Shown: positions 29,592 to 39,739, counted from the stretch's first letter. The stretch is DNA of 64,000 nt from Candidatus Woesearchaeota archaeon (GCA_049700835.1 JBNAUL010000001.1:1-64000); one strand, 5' to 3'. Notes: generated by a model from the letters alone, not told the origin. A program made the numbers and translations.

Positions 29592-31001
29592 TTACTCTGC
29601 AATGAACTTCCTTACTGTAGGGCTCATTTCCATCAAGTGCTCGCGAGCAATCTGCTGATAGAGCTGATAAAGAATCATTACTGAAAGCAAAATTCCTGTT
29701 CCCCTGCTCAGAGCTCCAGAGATGTCTGCTATTGCTGCTAAGAAACCAACTGCAATTCCTCCCATAACTGTCAATGGCATTATATACCTTGAAATCACTC
29801 TTTCAAGAATTCTCTCATCAGCCCTGAAACCAGGAATCTGAAGCCCTGAAGCCAAAATCTGTTTTGCTTGGCTTTTTGCATCCATACCTGAAGTGTGAAC
29901 CCAAAATATTGAAAATAGAACAGCACCTCCAATCATGAAGATAACATAGATTAATGCGTGAAGAATGTCAGATGAAACTAAACTTCCTGTTATTAATTTG
30001 TTAAATATCAAAGGAGCTTTCAACCACAAAACCAATCCTGAAGAAGGAGAGTTTCCAGCAAATGTTCCTAATATTGGCCTTCCCCAATTTTGCAACAATC
30101 TTGCCCACAATTGAATGTTTGCCATAAGAGCTGCAACTAAAATTACTGGTATGTTGCTCGTATACAAGAAGTTCAAAGGCCATCTTATTCCATAGCCGCG
30201 AACCCTTCCAAATGATAACGGTATTTCAACTTTCATTGCCTGCACAAATACTGAAATTACAAAAACAAGTGTTGTCGCAATTATAGCCCAAAAAGCAAGA
30301 GCAAGAGTTTTAACATCAGAGTTTGCCAATGCATAGAAAATCTCAAATACCTTTCCAACAGGAGGCAATTGGCTGAATGGATAGCCCAATGTTCCTGCTG
30401 TTGTGAATGGACTTAACAACATAACAAAGATTGACTGCGCAACCCCTGCTACAATGAACAAGGATATTCCTGAACCAAAACCCCACTTGCTAACAACCTC
30501 ATCCATCATCATAACCAAGAAACCACCAATTGCTAACTGCACCACTAATAAAACTTGCAGCAATGCATAAGATTTCAATCCAGGGGTAGGGGTTAATCCG
30601 CCCATATAAACATAAATCATTGCCTCAAAGATTATGAATAAAATTGAGAGAACCTTTTGCAATGACTGAAAATAAGCCCTTCCTTCCTTTGATGTCAAAT
30701 CAATGTTTAATATTCCTGAACCTACGAGCAGTTGCAGGATGATTGAAGCAGTCACGATTGGACCAATTCCTAAAGACATTAAAGAACCAAAATTAGCTCC
30801 TAAGATTATTGACAAGCTTTCAAATGCTTGTAGGGCATTTTGACCTAAGCCAAAGAGCGGGATTGTTGACAAACCCAAATAAGAAATAAGGATTATGAGA
30901 GTCCATTTCAACCTTTCATTGAAAGCCAAGTATTTCTGCGCTGGTTTTGAAATTTCTGGAATAAGATTTGACAATTGATTAATGAATGATTGTTCTGCCA
31001 T
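29592..31001 (-). CDS. secY: Preprotein translocase SecY/Sec61alpha
   Basis: LGIGPIVTASIILQLL, KWGFGSGISLFI, YTSNIPVIL, IPGFR, GTGILL. Confidence 0.98.
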   Translation of the reverse strand: MAEQSFINQLSNLIPEISKPAQKYLAFNERLKWTLIILISYLGLSTIPLFGLGQNALQAFESLSIILGANFGSLMSLGIGPIVTASIILQLLVGSGILNIDLTSKEGRAYFQSLQKVLSILFIIFEAMIYVYMGGLTPTPGLKSYALLQVLLVVQLAIGGFLVMMMDEVVSKWGFGSGISLFIVAGVAQSIFVMLLSPFTTAGTLGYPFSQLPPVGKVFEIFYALANSDVKTLALAFWAIIATTLVFVISVFVQAMKVEIPLSFGRVRGYGIRWPLNFLYTSNIPVILVAALMANIQLWARLLQNWGRPILGTFAGNSPSSGLVLWLKAPLIFNKLITGSLVSSDILHALIYVIFMIGGAVLFSIFWVHTSGMDAKSQAKQILASGLQIPGFRADERILERVISRYIMPLTVMGGIAVGFLAAIADISGALSRGTGILLSVMILYQLYQQIAREHLMEMSPTVRKFIAE

Positions 31002-31138
31002 AAAACATCCCTGCTCTTATTTTGGGTTTTTATTTTGATAAAAAATTTACAGCAAATAAATCCTTGCTGTTTAACACAATATTTTAAATTATTTTTATCA
31101 TTTAACAATTTGTTATTTAAAAAATTGCTTATTCTTAC

Positions 31139-31660
31139 TTATTCTTCGCCTTCTTCAAAGTCCCCCTGTTCTTTTTTCACTAAAAATGATTTTTTTAGAT
31201 TGTCAAGTTTTTTTATTTCAGCAATAACCTTTCCACCAAAAGATTCTATCTTTTTAACTGCCTTTTCTGTTGCTTCCTCGCATTGAATTAAGTACTTGAA
31301 TTTTGGAATTCCTTTTGATAACAGCTTGTTATAACCAATATCTTTTAAGTTTATTTTGTAAAAATCACCTTCCTTTTTAACAATTCCCTTTTCTATGAAA
31401 GAAGGAAGCTTTTCATTAAGGAATTCAATATTTGTTGCCTTAGGTAACAAACCCTTCTTTTGTTTTATTGACTTAAAGCCGTGCTTTCCAAAATATTCTT
31501 GTTTCCAAATGCTTGGTTTTTTTTGGTCAGCCCTCTTTCCTGTTCCTGCCATTCCATAACCGCCTTTATTTCCTGAACCCCTGTGTTTTTTCTTTGAACC
31601 AAAACCATGAGTATGAGAACCCCTTAGCTTGATTACCTTCTTTCTTTTCTTTCTTGCCAT
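31139..31660 (-). CDS. rpl15: 50S ribosomal protein uL15
   Basis: RGSHTHGFG..KKHRG.G..GG.G.AG, FGKHGF. Confidence 0.95.
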   Translation of the reverse strand: MARKKRKKVIKLRGSHTHGFGSKKKHRGSGNKGGYGMAGTGKRADQKKPSIWKQEYFGKHGFKSIKQKKGLLPKATNIEFLNEKLPSFIEKGIVKKEGDFYKINLKDIGYNKLLSKGIPKFKYLIQCEEATEKAVKKIESFGGKVIAEIKKLDNLKKSFLVKKEQGDFEEGEE

Positions 31661-31670
31661 TTTAAAACAC

Positions 31671-32123
31671 CTAAATCATTCTCTTTATCAATTCATTAAT
31701 CTTTTCTCCTCGATAGCCATATGCTCCTCCAAGATTAAATGGTTTTTTAATGCCCTTTCTTTCAAAACCCTTTCTCGGAGGATTTAACCTGAATATCAAA
31801 GAACTCTTTTTTGCTATCGGTTTTCTCTTTTCTTTGAGAAGTTTTATTGTTTCTTCCTTGATTTCTCCCCATGTTATGAACGGTTCAACCTTTTTTATCA
31901 TTCCTAAATAAGAAGGGTTTTTTGGAACTATTGCTAAGGAATTATGCTTTAACAGATTAAGTTTTTTAAGAGTATCTCTTACAGTTATTTTGGAGTTTGC
32001 TGTTCTTCCGATTAGAATAATTCCTATCATTTCTGAATTTAATTTTGTAATGTCTTTTTCTTGGCTTTCTGATTTTTTTTCTGTCTTTTTTTCCTTTGTC
32101 TCTTTTGAAATTTCCTTTTTCAT
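31671..32123 (-). CDS. rpl30: 50S ribosomal protein uL30
   Basis: TL..L.L, GMI.KV...ITWGE, FRLNPPRKG, G.RG.KIN.LI.RM. Confidence 0.92.
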   Translation of the reverse strand: MKKEISKETKEKKTEKKSESQEKDITKLNSEMIGIILIGRTANSKITVRDTLKKLNLLKHNSLAIVPKNPSYLGMIKKVEPFITWGEIKEETIKLLKEKRKPIAKKSSLIFRLNPPRKGFERKGIKKPFNLGGAYGYRGEKINELIKRMI

Positions 32124-32150
32124 GCTTTATCACTCATTAATTTCCAATTC

Positions 32151-32900
32151 TTATTCCATGATTTTTGTCCCAGAGAGTTTTTTTAAAGCATCAATGCACG
32201 CTTTAATCAGGTTTATTGTTGTTCTTGTCTGCCCATCGCTCCTTGACCAAACATCACTTATTCCTGCAAGTTTTAGTATCTTTGCAGCAGGGCTTGTAAC
32301 CATTAGGCCAGCACCCTTTGGTGCCGGTATCAATGTTACAACAACAGAGCCTGATTTTCCCTGAACTTTGAAAGGAATGCTGTGATTTGTTTTGCAGCCG
32401 CACTCCCATGAACCGCAACCGCGCCTTATTTTCATTATGTTTTTCTTTGCATCAATTATTGCCTTTTCTCTTGCAGGAACTGTTTCTCGTGCCTTTCCAT
32501 AGCCAACTCCAACATAGCCGTCTTCATTTCCAATGACAGCATAGACAGCAAAGCTCGGTTTGTTGCCTTCGCTTGTCTTTTTTTGAACCTGTCTGAAGAT
32601 TTTTCTTTTTCCACCTCCAAACTTTCCTTTTGATTGTCCTATCATAAGAAAATCAACCTTTAAGTTTGGAAGCAGCATGTCAACGATCTCTGGCTCCATT
32701 ATCTTCAATCCTTGGCTCAGTATTTCATCTATGTTTTTTATCTCTTGGTTCTTTACTTTTCTCCCGAGCTCTGTTTTCGGCTTCCAAGCTGCTAAGTTCT
32801 CGCTAATAACCTTTACCTCTCCCAAAACTTCCTCTTCGCCTTCTTCCTTGATTTCTATGCTCTCCACAGGTTCCTCTTTTAAAACTTCCTTCTTTTTCAT
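32151..32900 (-). CDS. rps5: 30S ribosomal protein uS5
   Basis: W.PKT.LG, RGCGSWECGC, PAPKGAGL. Confidence 0.96.
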   Translation of the reverse strand: MKKKEVLKEEPVESIEIKEEGEEEVLGEVKVISENLAAWKPKTELGRKVKNQEIKNIDEILSQGLKIMEPEIVDMLLPNLKVDFLMIGQSKGKFGGGKRKIFRQVQKKTSEGNKPSFAVYAVIGNEDGYVGVGYGKARETVPAREKAIIDAKKNIMKIRRGCGSWECGCKTNHSIPFKVQGKSGSVVVTLIPAPKGAGLMVTSPAAKILKLAGISDVWSRSDGQTRTTINLIKACIDALKKLSGTKIME

Positions 32901-33433
32901 TTTGCAACCTTGTCAACATTGTTTTTAACCTTTTCAATCTGTTCTGAAACATTGATATTTAATTTTTTGTATTGCGAAAATTGAATTGTATTCTGAGATG
33001 ACTTAAAATAATTTTGTATGTGTTCCCCTTTTATCATGCTTTGTTTTGGAAATATCTCTGGATTGTGCCTTATATTCATTCCAGCATCAAGCGCTCCCTT
33101 CACAGCAGCAAATATTCTGTTGCCCTTTTCCTGAAATCCTATGTCAACTATCAATTCCTCATTTGTTTTTGCTTTCTTGCCAAATAAGTACCCTGCAAGA
33201 TATGCGGCAGGAATATTTTTCAAACTCAACTGCCATCCATAGTTTCTTAGTTCCCTTGATGCAACGCTCTTTATGACTCGGTCTCCTTCCTCTCCATATT
33301 TTATGAGCTGAATTATTATCTGCTTGTTGGTCTTTCTTATAACCAATCTTGGCTTTCTTGATTTCAGTAATTTTAATCTCTTGTTGTAATCTGTTTTTCC
33401 TTCCCTCTTCCTTCTGTAACTTATCCTTTTCAT
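32897..33433 (-). CDS. rpl18: 50S ribosomal protein uL18
   Basis: RRKREGKTDY..RL.LL, PRLVIRKTN, N.PAAYL.G. Confidence 0.95.
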   Translation of the reverse strand: MKRISYRRKREGKTDYNKRLKLLKSRKPRLVIRKTNKQIIIQLIKYGEEGDRVIKSVASRELRNYGWQLSLKNIPAAYLAGYLFGKKAKTNEELIVDIGFQEKGNRIFAAVKGALDAGMNIRHNPEIFPKQSMIKGEHIQNYFKSSQNTIQFSQYKKLNINVSEQIEKVKNNVDKVAK

Positions 33434-33449
33434 TTTTTATTGCTCTTTT

Positions 33450-33953
33450 TTATTGATTATTCTTTATTTCATTGACAACAGGTTTTGCCTCTTTTGGTTT
33501 CAAATCTTTCAAGAACAATTTATTGTCCTTTATGTACATGAGTAGGTGTGATTTTGATCTGAAAAACCCTCCCTTTACCTTTAAGTACAAATCCCTGAAT
33601 GCTTTCCTTGAGATCATATTCTTTTCTTTTAATCTTTTGAGCAATGCTCTTTGCATTCTTACCTTGTTCATCCATGCTTCTTTTTTGGGCAGCCTTGCTG
33701 TTTTCTTTCCTTTTCTTGAGCCATAGCCCTTTCTTCTGCCTTTTGACTTTTGTTTTTTTGCCTTCTTTATTCTAAATCTTGAAATTGATTTTTTAGGTTT
33801 CTTGATTATTGCTCTGTCCTTTATCAACGCCCTTATATCCTCTCTTGTCAATGCCTCTTTTATTTCGTCCAATCTTTCCTGATTAAAAATTACCCTCTTG
33901 GGTGAGCATTCAAGCACTTTTGCAGCAATCCTCTTCTTCGATTTTAAATTCAT
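33450..33953 (-). CDS. rpl19e: 50S ribosomal protein eL19
   Basis: KRIAAKVL, TREDIR.LI, GRRKG.GSRKG, LY..VKGG.F. Confidence 0.96.
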   Translation of the reverse strand: MNLKSKKRIAAKVLECSPKRVIFNQERLDEIKEALTREDIRALIKDRAIIKKPKKSISRFRIKKAKKQKSKGRRKGYGSRKGKKTARLPKKEAWMNKVRMQRALLKRLKEKNMISRKAFRDLYLKVKGGFFRSKSHLLMYIKDNKLFLKDLKPKEAKPVVNEIKNNQ

Positions 33954-33954
33954 T

Positions 33955-34569
33955 TTAACCCTTTTGGCTTCTTATTATCTTTTCAAATTCTTCTCTTTCT
34001 ATTTCCTTTTGATCTTTTGATTCTTTCTTTTCTTCCACCGATTGCTTTAGTTCCTTTTTTGTTTCTCTTTGCTCTTTCTCCTCTATCGTTCCTTTTGTTT
34101 TTGCTTTTTCTTCTTCTTTCTCTTTCTTCTTTTTCTCCAATTCCTTTTTTGTTTTTGACAATTGCTTTTCAATATTAAAGTCGCATTTCAAACCCAACTT
34201 CTTTATATCCTCAAGCAGCACAATCCTCTTTTTATTTCCAATAGAGCTTGCAATTCTAACTGCGATTTTGTCATGCTTTGAAAGTTCTTTTGCTCTTTCC
34301 AAATCGTTCTTGTTTTTTATAAGTACAACTCTATAGCCCTCTATAGTTCTTCCCCTTAATATTTTTGGAGTTTTATAACCTGGTTTGACTATTATGCCGT
34401 AACCCCTTAATCTGTGCCTTAGTTTTGAGTGAATGCCTCTTGGATAGCGCCACTTCTTGCTAAGTTTCTTTTTCTTTTGGTGGTCTTGCCTTAAAAACAC
34501 CTTCCTCCTTTTCTTTAAAGTATCCTTAATAATGAATTCTGAAATCTCTTTTTGTTTTTGCGAGCTCAT
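33955..34569 (-). CDS. rpl32e: 50S ribosomal protein eL32 with charged C-terminal extension
   Basis: FLRQD....KKL..KWR.PRGIHSK.R, PGYKTP; operon position. Confidence 0.9.
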   Translation of the reverse strand: MSSQKQKEISEFIIKDTLKKRRKVFLRQDHQKKKKLSKKWRYPRGIHSKLRHRLRGYGIIVKPGYKTPKILRGRTIEGYRVVLIKNKNDLERAKELSKHDKIAVRIASSIGNKKRIVLLEDIKKLGLKCDFNIEKQLSKTKKELEKKKKEKEEEKAKTKGTIEEKEQRETKKELKQSVEEKKESKDQKEIEREEFEKIIRSQKG

Positions 34570-35139
34570 TTAAACCCTCTTTCCTGATTTTTCTATAATA
34601 AAAATTCCGTCTTGGAATATTCTCCTGTCCTTGTTTTTTACAAATGTTAATCTTTCTATATCTGATGCAACTTGCCCTGCCTTTTCCTTGTCTCTGCTCT
34701 CTACTATGATAATGCTTCCGTCAACCTTTACATTAACTCCTTCTTTTATCTTTAATTCTCTCGGGTGGTGCTCTCCAAGAAAGTTTTCAACTCTAAATAT
34801 GTCTCCTTTGACTGTTATTTTCATTGGAAAATGACTTGAACAAACCTTCAGCTTGCATACAAATGGCTCATTTATTCCGCGAAACATGTTTAAAATGTGC
34901 GCTCTTATTGTCCTTATGTTTTTGTATTCTCTCTGAGTTGCGCCTGCGCTCTTTATTCTCAACTTTGAATTTTCAATTTCAAAGTTTATGTTTTTGATGT
35001 TGAATGTTCTCTTTAATTCTGCATTTTTGTTTTTTACAGATATTGTCTTATTGTCTATGGCAACACTTATGCCTTCTGGTATTACTAGTTCTTCAACCAA
35101 ACTTTGGCTTCTCTTTCCTAATTTTTCTTTTTGGTTCAT
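34570..35139 (-). CDS. rpl6: 50S ribosomal protein uL6
   Basis: SHFPM, NFLGE, DRRIFQDGIFI. Confidence 0.96.
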   Translation of the reverse strand: MNQKEKLGKRSQSLVEELVIPEGISVAIDNKTISVKNKNAELKRTFNIKNINFEIENSKLRIKSAGATQREYKNIRTIRAHILNMFRGINEPFVCKLKVCSSHFPMKITVKGDIFRVENFLGEHHPRELKIKEGVNVKVDGSIIIVESRDKEKAGQVASDIERLTFVKNKDRRIFQDGIFIIEKSGKRV

Positions 35140-35151
35140 TTTAGCAAGAGT

Positions 35152-35538
35152 TTAATAACAATAAGCAATCAATCTTCCTCCAAGCGAATTCTCCTTTGCC
35201 TTCTTATGAGTCATAAATCCCTTTGTTGTTGAAACAATTATAATTCCAAAATCCTTTGCAGGCAGGTATCTCTTCTCGTATTTTTCATACTCGTCAACCT
35301 TAACTGAAAATCTTGGTTTTATCACATTACAATTGTTTATCTTTCCAAGGAGCTTAACTTTCAAGTACTTTTTCTTGGCATGGGTTATTTCCTCAAAACC
35401 TGCAATATAGCGCTCCTCCTTCATTATCTTCAAAGTTTCCTTTATGATTTTGGAACTTAAAACAAGGCATTCCTTCTTGCTTCTCTTTTCATAATTGTTT
35501 ATTTTTGAGAGCACAGTTGCTAACGTATCATTCGTCAT
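35152..35538 (-). CDS. rps8: 30S ribosomal protein uS8
   Basis: IKPRF, YLPA.DFG...VSTTKG.MTH, GGRLIAYCY. Confidence 0.96.
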   Translation of the reverse strand: MTNDTLATVLSKINNYEKRSKKECLVLSSKIIKETLKIMKEERYIAGFEEITHAKKKYLKVKLLGKINNCNVIKPRFSVKVDEYEKYEKRYLPAKDFGIIIVSTTKGFMTHKKAKENSLGGRLIAYCY

Positions 35539-35548
35539 TTTTTCACCT

Positions 35549-35779
35549 TTAATTGTATTTTTTAAAACCCATGCTCAATGCAATTTCCCTAAAACACTGC
35601 CTGCAGAGCCTGAGCCCATATTTCTTTATGTGCCCACCAGCTCTTCCGCAGATTTCGCACCTGTACCTGTCCATTCCGCATTTCTTTTCCTTTGGTTTGT
35701 TGTGTTTCAAAAATTTATTGTACTTTGCCCTCTTTGTTTTCAATTGCTCCAATATCTTTGAATAGTTGCTCACAGTCAT
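35549..35779 (-). CDS. rps14: 30S ribosomal protein uS14 with N-terminal extension
   Basis: CEICG...[21 protein letters not shown]. Confidence 0.95.
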   Translation of the reverse strand: MTVSNYSKILEQLKTKRAKYNKFLKHNKPKEKKCGMDRYRCEICGRAGGHIKKYGLRLCRQCFREIALSMGFKKYN

Positions 35780-35780
35780 T

Positions 35781-36305
35781 TTAATCTTCTCTTATTCTTG
35801 TTTTGAATTTTTCTTGCAAAAATTTTATTGTTTCCTCTTTTGTTATCAAGTGTTTCTTTCCTATACGCCTCTGCTTCAACCTTCTCCTCTTTATTCTAAA
35901 ACCTCTTCTTTCAAGAGCCACGCTTGCTTCCAAACCCATAACCTTTATTTCAGGGTCATACTTCATACCTTCAATGTCTATGTATTCCTTTATGCCAAAT
36001 GAAAATGTGCCATTTCCAATCTGCTTCTTTGAAAGGGAGTTCTCAACACCTTCAAGAAGCCTCTTAAGCAATATTTCAGCATTCTTCTTCCTTACAGTAA
36101 CGACGCAGCCAACAGGTAATCCAGGCCTCAAATTCCATGAAGGAATTCTCTTGTTTGTTATTGTTTTTATCGGTTTTGCATTAGTTATTCTTTGAAGCAG
36201 CAAAATCGCCTTGTCAAGCTTCTCAGGGTTTTTTCCAGTTCCTATGTTAAGGGTTACTTTTTCAATCATTATTTCTCTCATCCTGCTATTGTTGTCTCCT
36301 TGCAT
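35781..36305 (-). CDS. rpl5: 50S ribosomal protein uL5
   Basis: [26 protein letters not shown] at 36305 (track 36311). Confidence 0.96.
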   Translation of the reverse strand: MQGDNNSRMREIMIEKVTLNIGTGKNPEKLDKAILLLQRITNAKPIKTITNKRIPSWNLRPGLPVGCVVTVRKKNAEILLKRLLEGVENSLSKKQIGNGTFSFGIKEYIDIEGMKYDPEIKVMGLEASVALERRGFRIKRRRLKQRRIGKKHLITKEETIKFLQEKFKTRIRED

Positions 36306-36314
36306 TTTCAACTC

Positions 36315-37007
36315 TTAATATATTGTTATTTTAGGTTTTTCATTTCCAACAATGATGACATAGGATTTGAGCGTTTCAATTGTTGCGCTGTCTGATTTTA
36401 TTTTTAAAACTGTTATCTTCATTTTCGGCTTTATCTCCTCAACAACGCCATTTACTCCTCTGTATTTTCCATCAACAACATAAACGAAAACTCCCTTATC
36501 AAGTTTGAAGTGTTCAACAATTCTTTGTGAAGGGATTTCAATCAACAAACTATCCCCTATGTTATAGTTTTCCTCTGCAAGTATGGTCCTACCGTCGTGA
36601 AGTCCGTATTGTTTCTTTTTGCCTCTACTAATTTTTTTGTTTATTATCCTGCATATCTTTAATCTTGATTCGCTTTCAGGTATTCTTTTCAGGCATAGTT
36701 TGCCTTTTTTGTCAATTAGTATTCTGTAATGCTCGTTAAGGGATTTTATTGAAAGCACATCCATAACTCCTATGCCCCTCTTCTTGTCCTTAACGATCTT
36801 TCCATCAATCATAATCTCTTTTTGGTTCATAACCTTTTTTGCTTGAGCTGTTATGTCTACATAGCCAAGCATATCCCTAAGCACTGTGATTATTGGCAGT
36901 GCATGAGCTTCTTTGTGAGATGATTTTGGTTTTACTGCAAATTTATTTTCTTTCCTAAGCAGCTTCCATGTTTTTGGAGCTGCTATTCTCTTTATGTGTT
37001 TTGACAT
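36315..37007 (-). CDS. rps4e: 30S ribosomal protein eS4
   Basis: HIKRIAAPKTW, LRDML, LHDGRTI. Confidence 0.95.
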   Translation of the reverse strand: MSKHIKRIAAPKTWKLLRKENKFAVKPKSSHKEAHALPIITVLRDMLGYVDITAQAKKVMNQKEIMIDGKIVKDKKRGIGVMDVLSIKSLNEHYRILIDKKGKLCLKRIPESESRLKICRIINKKISRGKKKQYGLHDGRTILAEENYNIGDSLLIEIPSQRIVEHFKLDKGVFVYVVDGKYRGVNGVVEEIKPKMKITVLKIKSDSATIETLKSYVIIVGNEKPKITIY

Positions 37008-37016
37008 GATGACACC

Positions 37017-37427
37017 TTATTGCTTTTGCCTGTTAATCTTTGATTCTAATTTTTCAATCCTTCTCTTGTCGTTGAGATTCAATTCTATGATTTCCAAGTT
37101 TGAAGGGTGTATTGGTTTTATTATCTTTGAGCCATCCTTTTTTGTTATTTCTACGCCTTTAACATAAACTCTGATTTTTTTATGATCAACTCTTTCAACA
37201 TTTCCTGTTTGTTTTTTGAATTCTCCACTCATTACCCTTACTTTGTCCCCTTTTCTTATAGGAAAACTTCTGAACCCATATTTTTTCCTAAGTTCTTTTG
37301 AAAGGTGTGCTGACAAAAACTTTGTTTTTGCGTGAAGAGGTGCTTTGAAGTAGTATTTTCTCTTCTTTCCAGGCTTCTTGCTTTCCTTCCAAGTTGTTGA
37401 AAATGCTTTCTTAACCATTTTTCCCAC
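37017..37427 (-). CDS. rpl24: 50S ribosomal protein uL24
   Basis: APLH, LSKELR.KY, RKGD.V.V..G, PIHPSN. Confidence 0.95.
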   Translation of the reverse strand: MGKMVKKAFSTTWKESKKPGKKRKYYFKAPLHAKTKFLSAHLSKELRKKYGFRSFPIRKGDKVRVMSGEFKKQTGNVERVDHKKIRVYVKGVEITKKDGSKIIKPIHPSNLEIIELNLNDKRRIEKLESKINRQKQ

Positions 37428-37435
37428 TTAAAATA

Positions 37436-37837
37436 TTAAACTATTATGCTTGCAATCTTAGCTACCAAAGGCCACCTGTCGCAAACCTCTTTTGCAATAG
37501 GCCCTTTCATCATTGTTCCCTTTGGATTTCCCTTGTCATCCTTTAACACTACTGCTGCATTGTCTTCAAACATTATTCTTTCGCCATTCAACCTTCTGTA
37601 AGGCATTCTTTGCCTGACAATGACTGCAAAAACAACCTGCTTTCTCATCTCTGGAACCCCGCTTATTACAGATGCTTGAATTAAATCTCCTATTCCTGCG
37701 CTTGCAACCCTCCTATGCACTGTTTTTATCTTTCTGATGTTTATTATTCTCAAGAGTTTTGCTCCTGAGTTGTCACATGCATTTACTACAGAGCCTATCT
37801 GCAGTCCCCTTGTAATTCTTGCTTTTACAGCTTTCAT
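37436..37837 (-). CDS. rpl14: 50S ribosomal protein uL14
   Basis: DNSGAK, AVIVRQR, FEDNAAV, KGPIAKE. Confidence 0.96.
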   Translation of the reverse strand: MKAVKARITRGLQIGSVVNACDNSGAKLLRIINIRKIKTVHRRVASAGIGDLIQASVISGVPEMRKQVVFAVIVRQRMPYRRLNGERIMFEDNAAVVLKDDKGNPKGTMMKGPIAKEVCDRWPLVAKIASIIV

Positions 37838-38154
37838 TTTTTAACTCCTAAAATTACAAAGTGTTTTGTCTTTGAAATCGGCCTTGTTTCTCCAATGATT
37901 ACAGTATCTCCTTCTTCTGCTGAAATGCAGTCAGGATTGTGAGCATAAAATTTTGAGATTTTTCTCTCGCTTCTCTCATACTTTGGAATCTTTCTCTTGA
38001 ATTCCATTACAACTATTGCTGTTCTTCTGGCTTTTGCGCTTTTTACCTTTCCGACAAAAACCCTTCCTCTAACGCTTATTGGTCCATGAAAAGGGCAATT
38101 CCTGTCATTGCATTCTTTTTCAGGCGCCTTTATTCCATAAATATCCTTTTTCAT
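37834..38154 (-). CDS. rps17: 30S ribosomal protein uS17
   Basis: CND.NCPFHG, HNPDCI, ETRPISKTKHF. Confidence 0.96.
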   Translation of the reverse strand: MKKDIYGIKAPEKECNDRNCPFHGPISVRGRVFVGKVKSAKARRTAIVVMEFKRKIPKYERSERKISKFYAHNPDCISAEEGDTVIIGETRPISKTKHFVILGVKK

Positions 38155-38393
38155 TTATTCACCCTATCTTCAGGTCTCTTCAGCAACTTCTTGCCATCAA
38201 CCATTATCCTTTCTTTCAAAAATATTATTTTGACTTGATTTTTTATTATTCTCTTTTTTCCTTGTTTTGTTTTGATAGTGTATGTATTCTTTGTCTCATC
38301 AATTATTTTGCCTTTCAAACCGTTAATCTGCTCGTTCTTGCTTTCAACAATTATTTCTTTACCTATGTGTTCTTCATTCACTATGTTTTTCAT
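38151..38393 (-). CDS. rnp1: RNase P protein component Rpp29
   Basis: GKIIDETKNT, VDG..L..RPEDR; canonical operon position. Confidence 0.9.
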   Translation of the reverse strand: MKNIVNEEHIGKEIIVESKNEQINGLKGKIIDETKNTYTIKTKQGKKRIIKNQVKIIFLKERIMVDGKKLLKRPEDRVNK

Positions 38394-38402
38394 AAACAAT
38401 TC

Positions 38403-38708
38403 TTATTTTATGTTGATTGTTTCTGGCTTAAAACCTTCTTCAACAAGAGCTTCTCTAATCTTTGATTTATGGTCTCCTTGCAGGGCTATGATGCCCTCCT
38501 TAATTGTTCCTCCGCATGCAAATTTTGTCTTCAATTTCTTAAGGAGTTTTTCCTTGTCTATTTCCTTGTCTTCGAGACCCTCAATCATTGTGTAGCTCTT
38601 CCCAAATTTTCTCTTTTCAACATAAACATTTATTTTCTGCGTCTCCTTTGCGATTGTTCCGCAAACGCAAAGCTCTTTTGGAAGGCCGCAAACAGGGCAT
38701 ATGTCCAT
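38403..38708 (-). CDS. sui1: Translation initiation factor aIF1/SUI1
   Basis: CPVCGLPKELCVC, LK.KFACGGT, LQGDH. Confidence 0.95.
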   Translation of the reverse strand: MDICPVCGLPKELCVCGTIAKETQKINVYVEKRKFGKSYTMIEGLEDKEIDKEKLLKKLKTKFACGGTIKEGIIALQGDHKSKIREALVEEGFKPETINIK

Positions 38709-38715
38709 TCTTTTT

Positions 38716-38904
38716 TTATCCTCCTTTCTCCTTGATTATGGTTTTTATTTTTGCAATTGTTTTTTTTATTGTTTTTATCTTTCCAGAACTCTTTGATGTT
38801 GCTCTGGAAACTTGGGTTCTTTGTTTTATTAAATCCTTGTTTAATTCAGCAAGCATGTTCTTCAATTCTTCGATTCCCATTCCTCTCAATTCTTTTGTCT
38901 TCAT
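38716..38904 (-). CDS. rpl29: 50S ribosomal protein uL29
   Basis: K.KELR.M..EEL...L.EL, IKK.IA.I.TI; operon position. Confidence 0.92.
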   Translation of the reverse strand: MKTKELRGMGIEELKNMLAELNKDLIKQRTQVSRATSKSSGKIKTIKKTIAKIKTIIKEKGG

Positions 38905-39731
38905 TTTTCAGATTGCTCATTCGTTGGACTTCTTTTGCCTTGTTTCTTTTCTTGCAAGGGTTTGCCTTTTTTGGGTTTTTTCTCGCTCTTCTCAAAAATC
39001 TTTTCTCCCTTGCTTTCTGCTTTGCTCTCTGCATGCTCTGTGTGCTCTGCATTTGCAACACTTTCATTCTCCTCTAATTCTACAGTTGTTTCCTGCTTTT
39101 GAACCTTTTCTTCTCCCTGTTTCTGCCCCTCTGTTTTCTCTCTCAATTCTATCTTGTCAAGCAGACTTGGATCAGGTGGAGTTATGTTAACCTTTATTCC
39201 AATTACTCCTGTTTTTAATTCTGCCTGGGTTTTTGCCTTTCTTATCTTTGTTATTGCAATATCCCCACACTTTCTCAAGTATCCTGCTGATACGCGCCAT
39301 GATTTTGCCCTATCGCTTGGAACTTTTCCTGAAACAATGATTTCAGCACCCAATGCTCCTGCATTCATTATGTCCTCGAGCGCCTTGTGTATTATCGCCT
39401 TGAACCTCTTTGAACCGTAGCGTTCAAGTGTTGTTGCTATCCTCTCAGCAACTATGTTTGGATTGAGATTTATATCTTCTACTTCTGCAATTTCTATCTG
39501 AGGGTTTTCAAGCTTGAACTTCCTCTTCAACTGTTCTGTAAGGTTCTTTATGTTCTGTCCTGCTCTTCCAACAACCAGTCCTGGTTTTGAAGTGTAGAGT
39601 ATGATTTTTTCTCCAAGAGGGGTTCTCTGTATCCTCAAATGACTTAAACCAACCCTCTTGAGCGAATTAGTTATGAATTGTTCTATTTCAAATTCCTTTT
39701 TCTTTTGCGTGATAAACTGTCTTTCTATCAT
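38901..39731 (-). CDS. rps3: 30S ribosomal protein uS3 with charged C-terminal tail
   Basis: RTPLG, PGLVVGRAG, GA.GAEI..SGK, GVIGIKV.I. Confidence 0.96.
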   Translation of the reverse strand: MIERQFITQKKKEFEIEQFITNSLKRVGLSHLRIQRTPLGEKIILYTSKPGLVVGRAGQNIKNLTEQLKRKFKLENPQIEIAEVEDINLNPNIVAERIATTLERYGSKRFKAIIHKALEDIMNAGALGAEIIVSGKVPSDRAKSWRVSAGYLRKCGDIAITKIRKAKTQAELKTGVIGIKVNITPPDPSLLDKIELREKTEGQKQGEEKVQKQETTVELEENESVANAEHTEHAESKAESKGEKIFEKSEKKPKKGKPLQEKKQGKRSPTNEQSEK

Positions 39732-39739
39732 TTTGCTTC

